DNA of 46,525 nt from a virus (Duplodnaviria > Caudoviricetes). Positions 34,945-43,540 of this stretch are shown in pieces. The stretch covers positions 1-46,525 of the IMG/VR virus record IMGVR_UViG_3300044698_000275. One strand, written 5' to 3'. The first letter of the stretch is position 1. Each line of letters opens with the position of its first letter. The notes below the pieces were generated by a model that worked only from the letters and a program-made list of their open reading frames with translations, did not search any database and had not been told where the DNA came from. Made by a program: the position numbers and the translations under genes.

Positions 34945-36655
34945 CGCCGCAACCGCCTATGCGCAAGGAGTGATCGCCGGCACGATCATCGCCGGTCCGC
35001 ATGTCCGCGACGCCTGCGCCAGGCATCTGCGGGATCTCGAGGAGGGACCGAAGCGGGGCCTGAGGTGGGACGTCGCCGAGGTCGAGAAGGCGATCGCCTT
35101 CTTCGCCGAGGTGCTCGTCCTCAACGGCGGCCAGTTCGAGGGCAAGCCGTTCATTCTCAACGGCTGGCAATCGTTCATCGTCGGCTCGCTATTCGGCTGG
35201 AAGCGGGCGGACGGCTCGCGCCGGTTCCGGACCGCCTATATCGAGACCGGCAAGGGCTCCGGCAAGTCGCCGCTGGCCGCCGGCATCGGCCTGAAGCTCC
35301 TGTGCGCCGATAACGAGCCGCGGGCCGAGATATACGCCGCGGCCGTGAAGCAGGACCAGGCGAAGGTCCTGTTCCGCGACGCCGTCGCCATGGTCCAGCA
35401 GTCGAAGAACCTCGGCCGCCGGCTCAGCCTGTCGGGAGGCATGCACCCCGACAACATCGCCCACCTCGCCTCGGGCAGCTTCTTCCGGCCGATCTCGTCG
35501 GAACGGCAGGGGCGCGGCCAGTCGGGGCCGCGGCCGCACTGCGCCCTGCTCGACGAGATCCATGAGCACCCGACCAACGCGATCGTGGAGTTCCTGGCGG
35601 CAGGCGTGAAGTGGCGCCGGCAGCCGCTAATCTTGATGATTACCAACAGCGGGTCGGATCGACAGACGATCTGCTGGGAATACCATCGGCAAGGCGCTGA
35701 AATCTGCGCCGGCACCAAGAAGAACGACCGGTTCTTCGCCTTCATCTGCGGCCTCGACACGGGCGACGACCCGCTCACCGACGAGGCCTGCTGGATCAAG
35801 GCGAATCCGAGCCTGCCCGAGATCCCGGGCTACGATTACGTCCGCGGCGAGGTCGCCAACGCCCGCGGCATGCCGTCGAAGGAGAGCCTGGTCCGGCGGC
35901 TGAACTTCTGCGAGTGGACCGACGCCGCCGAAGCGTGGATCACCAAGGACATCTGGTCGAATGTCCAGGCGAAGCTCGACCTGGCGGATTACGATGGCCG
36001 CGAGTGCGTCGGCGGGCTCGACCTGTCGATCTCGAGCGACCTGACCTCGCTCCTGCTCTTCTTCCCGGCCGGGGAGCGCCGGTGGGACGTGTTCTCGTGG
36101 TTCTGGATGCCGGGCGACCGCCTCCTGGAGCTCGAGGCCAAGGACGGCATGTCGCCCCACTACCAGCTGTGGCGCGACGCCGGGCACCTGCAGGCGCCGT
36201 CGGGCAAGACCATCGACTACGGCCACGCGGCCAACCTGCTGGCGAAGCTGCTCGCCCGCTTCAAAATCAAGGCGATCGCCTACGACCGGGCCAAGATCGA
36301 GCTGCTGCGGGCTGAGCTCGACAAGATCGACTGTGACGCGCCGCTGATCGAGCACGGCCAGGGCTTCTTCAAGGCCAAGGACACGGGGTTGTGGATGCCC
36401 GGCTCGATCGAGGAGCTGGAGGCGGCGCTGCGCGAGGAGCGGATCCGGGTCAACGAGAACCCGGTGCTGTCGTGGAACGTCGCGTCGGCCGTGACGCAGT
36501 CGAGCAACATCGAGCCGGCCGACCGCTACTTCTCGAAGCGCAAGGCGACGGCCCGGATCGACGGCGCGGTCGCCATGGCGATGGCCATGGGCGCGGCGAC
36601 GATGAAGACCGAGGGCCCGTCCGTCTATCGCGGGCGTGGCGCACTGGTGCTGTGA
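34895..36655 (+). CDS. terL: Terminase large subunit
   Basis: RRFRTAYIETGKGSGKS (Walker A), LLDEIHEH (Walker B), GGLDLS..SDL, RIDGAVAMAMA. Confidence 0.95.
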   Translation: MVVARKTKTPPTDSSPDAATAYAQGVIAGTIIAGPHVRDACARHLRDLEEGPKRGLRWDVAEVEKAIAFFAEVLVLNGGQFEGKPFILNGWQSFIVGSLFGWKRADGSRRFRTAYIETGKGSGKSPLAAGIGLKLLCADNEPRAEIYAAAVKQDQAKVLFRDAVAMVQQSKNLGRRLSLSGGMHPDNIAHLASGSFFRPISSERQGRGQSGPRPHCALLDEIHEHPTNAIVEFLAAGVKWRRQPLILMITNSGSDRQTICWEYHRQGAEICAGTKKNDRFFAFICGLDTGDDPLTDEACWIKANPSLPEIPGYDYVRGEVANARGMPSKESLVRRLNFCEWTDAAEAWITKDIWSNVQAKLDLADYDGRECVGGLDLSISSDLTSLLLFFPAGERRWDVFSWFWMPGDRLLELEAKDGMSPHYQLWRDAGHLQAPSGKTIDYGHAANLLAKLLARFKIKAIAYDRAKIELLRAELDKIDCDAPLIEHGQGFFKAKDTGLWMPGSIEELEAALREERIRVNENPVLSWNVASAVTQSSNIEPADRYFSKRKATARIDGAVAMAMAMGAATMKTEGPSVYRGRGALVL

Positions 36656-36661
36656 GGGAAA

Positions 36662-38005
36662 ATGGGGCTGTTCAACTTCTGGCGGCGGGCGACGCCGGCC
36701 GCGGACGAGCAGCCCGTGGCCAATGCATCGCCGGCGGAGCCGGTCCTGCCCATGCCGATCCGGGCGTCGACCCAGCTGTCCGGCGGCGGCACGCTGATCA
36801 CCACGTCGGAGCAGCTCGCCGAGGTTCTGCGCAGCGGGGCGGTTTCGGTCTCCGGGATAAGCGTCACGCCGGATTCCGCCATGCGGGTCGGGGCCGTCTA
36901 CGCCTGCGTGCGGCTGATCTCGGGCGCGCCGGCCAACCTGCCCCTCGACACCAAGCGGCGCCGCGATGCGGACACGCGCGAGGACGCCTCCGATCATCCG
37001 CTGTGGCGCATCTTCCGGCACCGCCCGAACCGCTGGCAGACGCCGTCGCAGTTCAAGCGCATGATGACGGCGCACCTGCTGCTCAGGGGCAACGCCTATG
37101 CGCTGATCGTGCGGTCGGGCCTGCGCGGAGTTGTCGAGCTGGTGCCGCTGCACCCGGACCGGGTCAAGACCAGTCAGAGGGACGACCTCAGCCTCGCCTA
37201 CGACTATACCCGCAAGGATGGCCGCAAGGTCACCCTGGAGCAGAACGAGGTGTTCCACCTGGTCGGGCTCACGCTCGACGGCTTCACCGGCGTCTCGGTG
37301 CTCACCTATGCCCGCGAGGCCATCGGCTCGTCGCTGGTGATGGAGCGGCACGGGGCGACGACGTTCAAGAACGCGGCGCGGCCGAGCATAGCGCTCAGGC
37401 ATCCCGCCCAGCTCGGCAAGGAGGGGCAGGAGAACCTGCGCGCCAGCCTCGACGAGTACAGGGCGGGCGGCGAGAGCGAGGGCAAGGCCCTGATCCTCGA
37501 GGAGGGGATGGAAGTCGTCGAGATTTCGATGACGGCCCAGGACGCCCAGTGGATCGAGGGGCGCAAGTTCTCGCGCTCCGACATCGCCATGTTCTTCGGC
37601 GTGCCGCCGCACATGATCGGCGACACCGAGAAGTCGACGAGCTGGGGCACCGGCATCGAGCAGCAGTCGATCGGCTTCGTCACCTACACGCTCGAGGACT
37701 ATTTCACGACCTGGGAGGAGACGGTCAAGCGCGACCTGATCGCCGAGACCGAGCCCGACATCTACGCCCGCTTCAACCGCAAGGCGCTGGTGCGCGGCGA
37801 CATCAAGGCCCGTCAGGGCTTCTATGTCGCGATGCTGCAGTGGGGCGTCTACAGCCCGAACGAAATCCGCGCGCTGGAGGACGAGAACCCGCGCGAGGGC
37901 GGCGAGGTCTACTACGACCCGCCGAACACCGCCGGCGGCGAGCAAGCGCCCGGCGACGGCGACAAAGGAGACGGCAATGAGCCTCAGAACCCTCCCCGAG
38001 ATTAA
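36662..38005 (+). CDS. HK97-family portal protein
   Basis: AVYACVRLIS, LLLRGNAYA, LVPLHPDRV, DAQWIEGRKF, FGVPPHMIG, NEIRALED. Confidence 0.95.
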   Translation: MGLFNFWRRATPAADEQPVANASPAEPVLPMPIRASTQLSGGGTLITTSEQLAEVLRSGAVSVSGISVTPDSAMRVGAVYACVRLISGAPANLPLDTKRRRDADTREDASDHPLWRIFRHRPNRWQTPSQFKRMMTAHLLLRGNAYALIVRSGLRGVVELVPLHPDRVKTSQRDDLSLAYDYTRKDGRKVTLEQNEVFHLVGLTLDGFTGVSVLTYAREAIGSSLVMERHGATTFKNAARPSIALRHPAQLGKEGQENLRASLDEYRAGGESEGKALILEEGMEVVEISMTAQDAQWIEGRKFSRSDIAMFFGVPPHMIGDTEKSTSWGTGIEQQSIGFVTYTLEDYFTTWEETVKRDLIAETEPDIYARFNRKALVRGDIKARQGFYVAMLQWGVYSPNEIRALEDENPREGGEVYYDPPNTAGGEQAPGDGDKGDGNEPQNPPRD

Positions 38006-38810
38006 GGCGTTCGCGCGCCCCCAGGGCTATTCCTGGGACGTGCCGTCGGACGTGCTGGCGCGGTGGAGCGAGACCGTCGCCGCCGAGAGCGACGACGCCA
38101 ACACCATCACCATCTACGACGTCATCGGCGAGGACTGGTGGTCGGGCGGCGGCTTCACCGCCAAGCGCATGGCGGCCGCGCTGCGCTCGATCGGCCGCAA
38201 CGACGTCACGGTGAAGATCAACTCGCCCGGCGGCGACGTGTTCGAGGGCTTCACCATCTACAACCAGCTCGCGCAGCACCCGGCGAAGGTAACGGTCGAC
38301 GTCATGGGCATCGCCGCCTCGGCCGCCTCGGTGATCGCCATGGCCGGCGACAGCGTGCGCATGGGGCTGGGCACCTTCATCATGGTGCACAACGCCTGGG
38401 GCATCGTGATCGGCAACCGGCACGACCTGACCAGCGCGGCCGAGCTGCTCGGCCAGATCGACGGCGCGATGGTCGACATCTACGAGGCCCGCACCGGGCT
38501 GAAGCGGGCCGAGATCGAGGCGCTGCTCGACGCCGAGACCTTCCTCGGCGCCCAGGCCGCGGTCGACAACGGCTTCGCCGACGACACCATCCAGATCGAC
38601 AAACAGGGCGCGCAGGCGATGCGGCGCCCGGAGATCCAGGCGCGCAAGCGCCTCGATGCCCTCCTTGCCCAGGCCGGCGTGCCGCGTGTCGAGCGCCGCC
38701 GGCTGTTCAAGGAGACGGGGGTTACGCAGGACGCTGACCCGACGGCTACGCATGACGCTGGCCCCGACCTGGCTGCCATCGCGCAGCTCACCCAACTCAT
38801 CCGCTCATAA
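37977..38810 (+). CDS. ClpP-like prohead protease
   Basis: AAAGGAG RBS; INSPGGDVFEG, GIAASAASVIAMAG, MVHNAW, ETFL.A..AV..GFAD. Confidence 0.93.
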   Translation: MSLRTLPEIKAFARPQGYSWDVPSDVLARWSETVAAESDDANTITIYDVIGEDWWSGGGFTAKRMAAALRSIGRNDVTVKINSPGGDVFEGFTIYNQLAQHPAKVTVDVMGIAASAASVIAMAGDSVRMGLGTFIMVHNAWGIVIGNRHDLTSAAELLGQIDGAMVDIYEARTGLKRAEIEALLDAETFLGAQAAVDNGFADDTIQIDKQGAQAMRRPEIQARKRLDALLAQAGVPRVERRRLFKETGVTQDADPTATHDAGPDLAAIAQLTQLIRS

Positions 38811-38820
38811 GGAGACAACC

Positions 38821-40128
38821 ATGAGCACTCTCAATTCCACGCGCCTGCCGATGCTCGGCGCGCCTGCCCTCAACGCCCGGGCCCGGGGCCTGGTCGGCGT
38901 TCGCGCCGATGGCAGCAACGCCACCGCCGTGCTCAACGAGATGAAGAAGGCCTTCGAGGACTTCAAGGCGGCCCGCGACGAGGAGATCAAGGGCATCAAC
39001 GCGAAGTTCGACGACGTCGTCACCAAGGACAAGGTGGAGCGCGTCAACACCGAGATCACCTCGCTGCAGGCCTCCCTCGACGCCATCAACGCGTCGATCG
39101 CCGCCCTCAAGGTCGGCGGCGGCGGGACCGACAGCGACCCGGCCAAGGCCGAGCACGCCAAGGCGTTCAACCGGTTCTTCCGCAAGGGCGTCTCCGACGG
39201 CCTGGCCGACCTCGCGGTGAAAGCCTCGCTGCAGACCGACTCGAGCGAGGACGGCGGCTACGTGGTGCCCGAGCAGATGGAGACGACCATCGACCGGGTG
39301 CTCGGCACGGTGTCGATGATGCGCTCGATCGCCAGCGTCATGTCGATCTCGACCGACGTCTACAAGAAGCTGGTGGGCCAGGGCGGCGCCGGCGCGGGCT
39401 GGGTGGGCGAACGCGAATCGCGCCCCGAGACCGACACGCCGACGCTGTCCGAGCTGACCTTCAACGCGATGGAGATCTACGCCAACCCGGCCGCGACCCA
39501 GAAGCTGCTCGACGACGCGCGCGTCAACATCGAGCAGTGGCTGGCGGACGAGGTGTCGATCGCCTTCGCCGAGGCCGAGGGCACGGCCTTCATCTCCGGC
39601 AGCGGGGTGAACCAGCCGCGCGGCCTGCTCAGCTACGACACCATCGCCGACTCGTCCTATGCCTGGGGCAAGCTCGGCTTCTACGTCACCGGCGTGGCGG
39701 CCGACATCAGCGACGGCAGCAACAACGGCATCGACCCGCTGATCAACATGGTCTACGGGATCAAGCAGGGCTACCGCAACAACGCCCGCTGGCTGATGAA
39801 CCGCACCCTGCAGGGCAAGGTGCGCAAGCTCAAGTCGGCGACCGAGGAGCTGTACCTGTGGCAGCCCCCGGTGCAGGCCGGCCAGCCGGCGACGCTGCTG
39901 GGCTATCCGGTGGTCGACGACGACAACATGTCGGACGTGGGCGCCAACGCCTTCCCGGTGGCCTTCGGCGACTTCCGCCGCGGCTACCTGATCGTCGACC
40001 GCCTGGGCGTGCGGGTGCTGCGCGACCCCTACACCAACAAGCCCTATGTGCACTTCTACACCACCAAGCGGGTGGGCGGCGGGGTGCAGAACTTCGAGGC
40101 GATCAAGCTGCTGAAGTGCAGCACCTGA
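38821..40128 (+). CDS. HK97-fold major capsid protein
   Basis: AAGGAG RBS; delta-domain coiled coil; DGGYVVPE, LLDDA, AFGDFRRGYLIVDR, KRVGG. Confidence 0.95.
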   Translation: MSTLNSTRLPMLGAPALNARARGLVGVRADGSNATAVLNEMKKAFEDFKAARDEEIKGINAKFDDVVTKDKVERVNTEITSLQASLDAINASIAALKVGGGGTDSDPAKAEHAKAFNRFFRKGVSDGLADLAVKASLQTDSSEDGGYVVPEQMETTIDRVLGTVSMMRSIASVMSISTDVYKKLVGQGGAGAGWVGERESRPETDTPTLSELTFNAMEIYANPAATQKLLDDARVNIEQWLADEVSIAFAEAEGTAFISGSGVNQPRGLLSYDTIADSSYAWGKLGFYVTGVAADISDGSNNGIDPLINMVYGIKQGYRNNARWLMNRTLQGKVRKLKSATEELYLWQPPVQAGQPATLLGYPVVDDDNMSDVGANAFPVAFGDFRRGYLIVDRLGVRVLRDPYTNKPYVHFYTTKRVGGGVQNFEAIKLLKCST

Positions 40129-40230
40129 CCTGATCGCCTGGACTGACGCCTGAGCGAACCGGGCGGCTTCGGCCGCCCGCCACTCCCCTCTCCCCCCTTT
40201 CACACTTAGTGTCCATCTGGAGACCTCGAA

Positions 40231-40668
40231 ATGAAAGACATGCATTCCAGCATCAAGGTGCTGCGGGCCATCGAGCCGGTGGCGGTCGGCACCTCCGGCA
40301 TCGCCGGCGGGCAGCTGAGCCCGGTCCTCGACCGGCGCGGCTACAACTCGGCCGAGTTCGTCATCAGCCACGGCACCGCCGGCGCGACCAGCGACACCAC
40401 CTCGGTGGTCGCCTACGAGTGCTCCACCTCCGACGGCAGCTTCACCTCGGTCGCCGACGCCGACCTCATCGGCACCGAGGCCGCGGCCGGCCTGCCGGCC
40501 GAGGCGACGTCGCGCACTTCGGGCGTCGGCAAGAACATCGCCACCAGGCTCGGCTATCGCGGCAACAAGCGCTACCTGAAGCTGCGCCTCTACGGCACCG
40601 GCCATGCCACCGGCCTGGTGGCTGCCGCGCTGGTGCTCGGCGATCCGGACCTCGGCCCGGTCGCGTAA
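40231..40668 (+). CDS. Capsid-associated/decoration-like protein
   Basis: 145 aa beta-rich protein right after the capsid gene; GGAG RBS; LGYRGNKRYL motif. Confidence 0.6.
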   Translation: MKDMHSSIKVLRAIEPVAVGTSGIAGGQLSPVLDRRGYNSAEFVISHGTAGATSDTTSVVAYECSTSDGSFTSVADADLIGTEAAAGLPAEATSRTSGVGKNIATRLGYRGNKRYLKLRLYGTGHATGLVAAALVLGDPDLGPVA

Positions 40669-40682
40669 AGAGCGCGCAGGCC

Positions 40683-42077
40683 TTGCTCGACAACGGAGAA
40701 CGGCAGGTCGCGCCCGAGCTTTCGGGCATCAGGCGCGACCACCTTGCCCGCTACCGGTGGGCTGTCCGGCAGCTGCCGGCCGGCTCGCGCGTGCTGGATT
40801 GCGCCTGCGGGGTGGGCTACGGCGCCTTCATCCTGGCCAACGCCTTCCATCGCGTCACGGCCGTCGACAACAATGCCGAGGCCATCGCCTACGGGCGCGC
40901 GCACTACGCCAGCGACCGCATCGACTATTTCATCGGCGACGCGGCGGAGCTCGAGGGGATAGAGCTCGGCCAGTTCGACGCCGTGACGTCATTCGAGACC
41001 ATCGAGCACCTGGCCGACCCGCTGCCGATGCTGAAAGCGTTCCGCGCCGCCGCGCCGAACCTGATGGCGAGCGTGCCGAACGAGGAGAAATTCCCCTACC
41101 GGGGTTACGCCTTCCACCACCGCCACTACACGCGGGCCGAATTCCAGGAGCTGCTCGCCGAGGCGGGCTGGCAGGTGACCGGCTGGTACGGCCAGGAAGG
41201 CCCTGAGTCGGATGTCGGGGCGGGCGTCAACGGCAGAACCGCCATCGTGACCGCGATGCGGGCGGAGGCGGAGTCCGCATCCTTCGAGACGGCCGCTTCG
41301 CGGCCTCCTCAGGATGAGGCCGCTGCCGAGGTCGTGCCGGAGCATGTGGCGATCCTCGGGGTGGGGCCGTCGCTGACGGCCTATCTGGAGATCGCCAAGA
41401 GGCTGGGCGGCCGCCGGGCCTATTGCGACGAGACCTGGGGCATCAACGCGGTCGGCGGCGTGATCAGTTGCGACCGGGTGTTCCACATGGACGACCTGAA
41501 GGTGCAGGAGGCACGGAGCCAGGCGGCGCCGCAGGGCAACATCGCCCGCATGGTCGACTGGCTGAGAACCCACCCGGGCCCGGTCTACACCAGCCGGCGG
41601 CGCGAGGGCTATCCGGGCCTGGTCGAGTTCCCACTCGAGGCGGTGCTCAACGGAGGCTACGACGGGAACGGCGGGGCGCCCTACTTCAATTCGACGGCGG
41701 CCTATGCCGTCGCCTACGCGATCCACATCGGGGTCAAGCGCATCTCGGCCTTCGGCATCGACTTCACGCTGCCGAACATGCATTCGGGGGAGCGCGGGCG
41801 GGCCTGCGTCGAATTCTGGCTGGGGATCGCCGCGGCGCGCGGCATCGAGATCACGGTGCCCGAGACGTCGACGCTGCTCGACGCCTGCGCGCCCGACGGC
41901 GAGCGGCTCTATGGCTACGACTGCACCGACGTGCGCTTCGCGGAGGATGCCACCGGGCATCTCCGGGTGATCTTCGAGGAGCGCGAGACCATCCCGAGCG
42001 CGGCCGAGATCGAGCGCCGCTACGACCACTCCCGCCATCCCAACCGGCTGCTGGCCGGCGACCACGAGGAGAGCTGA
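40683..42077 (+). CDS. Class I SAM methyltransferase fused to a DUF115/sialyltransferase-like Rossmann domain
   Basis: GER...HLARY, VLDCACGVGYG, SFETIEHL; then VAILGVGPS..WGINA..YFNST.AYAVAYA...I..FGIDF; TTG start inferred. Confidence 0.7.
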   Translation: MLDNGERQVAPELSGIRRDHLARYRWAVRQLPAGSRVLDCACGVGYGAFILANAFHRVTAVDNNAEAIAYGRAHYASDRIDYFIGDAAELEGIELGQFDAVTSFETIEHLADPLPMLKAFRAAAPNLMASVPNEEKFPYRGYAFHHRHYTRAEFQELLAEAGWQVTGWYGQEGPESDVGAGVNGRTAIVTAMRAEAESASFETAASRPPQDEAAAEVVPEHVAILGVGPSLTAYLEIAKRLGGRRAYCDETWGINAVGGVISCDRVFHMDDLKVQEARSQAAPQGNIARMVDWLRTHPGPVYTSRRREGYPGLVEFPLEAVLNGGYDGNGGAPYFNSTAAYAVAYAIHIGVKRISAFGIDFTLPNMHSGERGRACVEFWLGIAAARGIEITVPETSTLLDACAPDGERLYGYDCTDVRFAEDATGHLRVIFEERETIPSAAEIERRYDHSRHPNRLLAGDHEES

Positions 42078-42078
42078 C

Positions 42079-42387
42079 ATGAAGGCGACGGTTATCAAGG
42101 AATTCCCGGGCCGGCCCGACCGCGAGGTCCTGGCCCGCACCATCAAGGCCGGCGAGGTCATCGACGGCGAACTCGCGGCCGTGGCGGTCCGCGCGGGCTG
42201 GGCGGAGGAGATGAAGGCCGAGGAACCTGCGCCTGCTTCAAGGGGCGGCGATGATCTCGGCAAGCTCACAGTGGCGGAGCTCGAGGCGCTGGCCGATGAG
42301 CGTGGCGTCGACCTCGCCGGCGTACATCGCAAGGCCGACATCATTGCCGTGCTTGCGGCGGGGGCGGCTCGGGCGGCTGAGGGCTGA
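42079..42387 (+). CDS. Small head-associated protein with HeH/Rho-N-like C-terminus
   Basis: GAGGAG RBS; LTVAELEALADERGVDL....KADIIAVL. Confidence 0.65.
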   Translation: MKATVIKEFPGRPDREVLARTIKAGEVIDGELAAVAVRAGWAEEMKAEEPAPASRGGDDLGKLTVAELEALADERGVDLAGVHRKADIIAVLAAGAARAAEG

Positions 42388-42413
42388 GCCCCGGATCAGG
42401 AAAGGACTAGACG

Positions 42414-42854
42414 ATGAGCGCCAGCAATGCCTTCGAGACAGACCTGCTCGAGCATATCTTCCAGAATGCCGCGATCGCCAACATCGGCGATGCCGGAGGG
42501 CTGCAGCCTTCGGCCGCGGCGGGCTCGCTGTACATCTCGCTGCACACCGGCGATCCCGGCGAGGCCGGTGACCAGACCACCAGCGAGGCGGCCTACACCA
42601 GCTACGCGCGCGTCGCGGTGGCACGGTCGGCCGGCGGCTGGACGATCGCCGACAACGCGGTGGACAACGCCGCCGCGGTCGTGTTCCCCGAGGCGACCGG
42701 CGGGTCGGAGACGATCACCCACTTCGGCATCGGCACCGCATCGAGCGCCGCCGGCAACCTGCTGTTCTCCGGTGCGCTCGACGCCTCGCTGGCGGTGTCG
42801 AGCGGGATCACCCCGAGCTTCGCGATCGGCGAGCTCAACGTGACGGACGACTGA
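42414..42854 (+). CDS. Virion structural protein (fibre base-like)
   Basis: LYISLHTGDPGE..TSEAAYTSYARVAV..FP..TGG...THFGI..FAIGEL. Confidence 0.7.
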   Translation: MSASNAFETDLLEHIFQNAAIANIGDAGGLQPSAAAGSLYISLHTGDPGEAGDQTTSEAAYTSYARVAVARSAGGWTIADNAVDNAAAVVFPEATGGSETITHFGIGTASSAAGNLLFSGALDASLAVSSGITPSFAIGELNVTDD

Positions 42855-42892
42855 TCGGACGACTGATCGGACCGGGGCAAGGGCCGGCGCCC

Positions 42893-43264
42893 ATGACGAC
42901 ATCAACGCCGACATGCCGTTGCCCGCTGTGCGGCGGGGAGGTGGCGGACGACGAGCTGCTGGTGATGGCCGACCGGGGGGTGATCGTGCGCGGCGGCCGG
43001 GCGGCGGTGCTGCCGCGGCGCCAGTTCGCGCTCTTCCTGGCGCTGTACGAGGCCAGGCCGCGGGTGGTGTCCTACGACACGCTGATCTACCGCATGTACG
43101 ACCACGGCGCCGACGAGCCGGAGCATGCGCTGAGCGTGCTGCAGGTGCTCATGTCCAACAAGATCCGGCCCGAGATCGCACGGCTCGGGCTGACCGTCAC
43201 CAATGCCCACAAGTGGGGCTACGCGCTCGACTACACCGGGCCTTCCAGGGCCCTCACGCCATGA
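42893..43264 (+). CDS. Stand-alone OmpR/PhoB-type winged-helix protein with N-terminal CxCPxC
   Basis: LPRRQFALFLAL...VSYDTLI..MY...DEPE...VLQV.MS.KIR....V......GYAL. Confidence 0.75.
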   Translation: MTTSTPTCRCPLCGGEVADDELLVMADRGVIVRGGRAAVLPRRQFALFLALYEARPRVVSYDTLIYRMYDHGADEPEHALSVLQVLMSNKIRPEIARLGLTVTNAHKWGYALDYTGPSRALTP

Positions 43265-43276
43265 AGGGGTTCTAAG

Positions 43277-43537
43277 ATGATTTACGCCAAGATCGCATTC
43301 ACCGTCGTCCGCCAGAGCGATGGCGCCGAAGAGAAGGTCGTCCGCTGGGCGGCGTCCGGGCACTCGAGCCTCGGGGCGGCGGCCTATGCCATGCAGACCC
43401 TCGCCAGCGGGTACTACCTCGGCGGCGGCCAGACGGCCAAGGTCGTGACGGTGACGATCGAGGAGCCGGACGAGGAGACATTGAACCTCGAGGAGCTGCG
43501 CGCCGCGCTCGAGGCGGCGGCGGCGGGGAGCGTGTGA
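43277..43537 (+). CDS. Hypothetical protein
   Basis: 86 aa with AAGGGG upstream; in the operon. Confidence 0.55.
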   Translation: MIYAKIAFTVVRQSDGAEEKVVRWAASGHSSLGAAAYAMQTLASGYYLGGGQTAKVVTVTIEEPDEETLNLEELRAALEAAAAGSV

Positions 43538-43540
43538 CCT

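Noticed and set aside
40161-40178. Intrinsic terminator after the capsid gene
   Set aside because: The GGGCGGC-TTCG-GCCGCCC hairpin is good but has no adjacent U tract, so it may be only a stabilising or attenuating hairpin.
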